Shown here one piece after another: positions 62,841 through 64,000 of a DNA stretch of 64,000 nucleotides. How positions within the stretch are numbered: the stretch's first letter is position 1; each line of letters starts with the position of its first letter. Source of the DNA: an uncultured Methanoregulaceae archaeon (lineage in GTDB: Archaea; Halobacteriota; Methanomicrobia; Methanomicrobiales; Methanospirillaceae). The notes below the pieces were generated by a model. It was not told where the DNA came from. It did not search any database and saw only the letters and a program-made list of their open reading frames with translations. Position numbers and translations under genes: made by a program. The stretch is from contig OY970061.1 of the NCBI GenBank assembly GCA_963705255.1, positions 96,001-160,000 on the forward strand, written 5' to 3'.

Positions 62841-63521
62841 ATGAGCAAACCTCCTCTCATCCAGCTCATCGACGTCTCAAAGGTGTACCACCTCGAGAGC
62901 GGTGATTTTACCGCTCTCGACCATGTCTCGCTTGAGATCAATGACAACGAATTTGTCGCGATCATGGGACCGTCGGGTTCGGGAAAGTCGACGATAATGA
63001 ACCAGCTCGGGATCCTTGATGTCCCGTCCTCCGGAAAACTCATCATCGACGGCAGGGATGTGGCCGGCATGTCAAGTCTTGAGCGTACCCACATGCGCCG
63101 TGATATCATCGGGTATATCTTCCAGAAATTTTACCTGATCCCGCTCCTCTCGGCATACGAGAACGTGGAGTACCCGCTCATCCTCAAATACAAACACCGG
63201 GACACGTCCGGTAAGGCCAATGCCATGCTCGAGGCTGTCGGGATAGACAAGGATATGAGTGCCCACCGACCCAACCAGCTCTCCGGCGGACAACAGCAAC
63301 GGGTTGCCGTTGCGCGGGCTCTCGTCAACGACCCGAAGATCCTTCTCTGCGACGAGCCTACGGGCAACCTCGACAGAAAGACCGGTTTCCAGATCATGGA
63401 CATCCTCTGCGGGCTGCACAGGGATGGAAAGACAGTCATCATCGTCACCCATGATCCCGTGATTTCAGACTATGCGCACCGGGTCATCCGGCTCGAGGAC
63501 GGCAGGGTCGTAGAATCATGA
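62841..63521 (+). CDS. MacB/LolD-type ABC ATP-binding protein
   Basis: GPSGSGKST, LSGGQQQR, CDEPTGNLD, VTHD. Confidence 0.95.
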   Translation: MSKPPLIQLIDVSKVYHLESGDFTALDHVSLEINDNEFVAIMGPSGSGKSTIMNQLGILDVPSSGKLIIDGRDVAGMSSLERTHMRRDIIGYIFQKFYLIPLLSAYENVEYPLILKYKHRDTSGKANAMLEAVGIDKDMSAHRPNQLSGGQQQRVAVARALVNDPKILLCDEPTGNLDRKTGFQIMDILCGLHRDGKTVIIVTHDPVISDYAHRVIRLEDGRVVES

Positions 63522-64000
63522 GCGACATCTTTTTCGAGCTCTCGGTGAGGAGCGTGAAGTCTGAATTTCCTGCGTTCCCTTCTCGCATCCATCGGCATTG
63601 TCATAGGCGTTGTCGCTATTTCTTCCATGGGGATGCTCGGGACGAACATGCAGCTCTCGGTAAAAGACCAGCTCTCGTCAAATGTCAACACGATCATGCT
63701 GACGTCCGACGTGGTGAAAGTAAGCACCAACCCGGCCGCCGCCACAGCGGTAAACGGGATCGATACCAGTGAGCTGAATGATATCCAGTCGTCTGCAGGG
63801 CAGAACGCAGTCGTCCCGATTCACCGTACGAGTATCCAGTTCAGCGTTGGCGATACGAATGGCAGAGGTTCGATCTATGGACTGAACCCGAACGATATCC
63901 CTAAGTTCCTTACCGTGGACCAGGGGTCGAATCTCAAGGGGGGAAATGACGCCCTGGTGGGTGCCACCATCGCCAGTAACTTCAACATAGGGGTCGGGAG
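63518..64000 (+). CDS. MacB/FtsX-type ABC permease, N-terminal part (+1 frameshift near 63560; runs off window)
   Basis: Corrected RSVKLNFLRSLLASIGIVIGVVAISSMG. Confidence 0.85.

Noticed and set aside
20422-63772. Widespread pseudogenisation or programmed frameshifting
   Set aside because: All are single +1 insertions tied to 4-bp motifs, with no slippery sequences or nonsense decay; sequencing error is more likely.

Overview
Gene-dense chromosomal segment of a methanogenic euryarchaeon, most likely Methanomicrobiales (Methanoregula-like). This is inferred from fae-hps, an intron-containing tRNA-Trp with a C/D guide, archaeal PyrH, a PGF-CTERM-like protein and many REC/PAS sensors. Contents: an oxidative-stress/redox cluster; a six-gene Hyf/Ehr-type membrane complex; two-component sensors; pyrH, nth, pncB and MTA/5'-deoxyadenosine salvage genes; duplicated PiT/DUF47 phosphate transport genes; a MarR-linked radical SAM pair with an ABC exporter; three tRNAs; and an agmatine-catabolism fusion. 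Most notable: (1) an accessory region at ~38.7-42.6 kb with an AT-rich HEPN-like gene, a ~1.13 kb unit bounded by 13-bp inverted repeats that carries a small nuclease-fold ORF and a long structured non-coding tract, and a separate ~325-nt nested-stem candidate ncRNA; (2) modular 'GA-stem-loop-stem-GA' hairpin repeats in intergenic DNA and inside the tRNA-Trp intron; (3) an Ehr complex whose small subunit has lost all four Fe-S ligands; (4) a candidate GMGT lipid synthase/methylase pair under a MarR operator. About 11 +1 frameshifts, mostly at GTAC/AGCT, look like methylation-linked sequencing errors rather than pseudogenes. All calls were made by eye, with no database searches or folding software.
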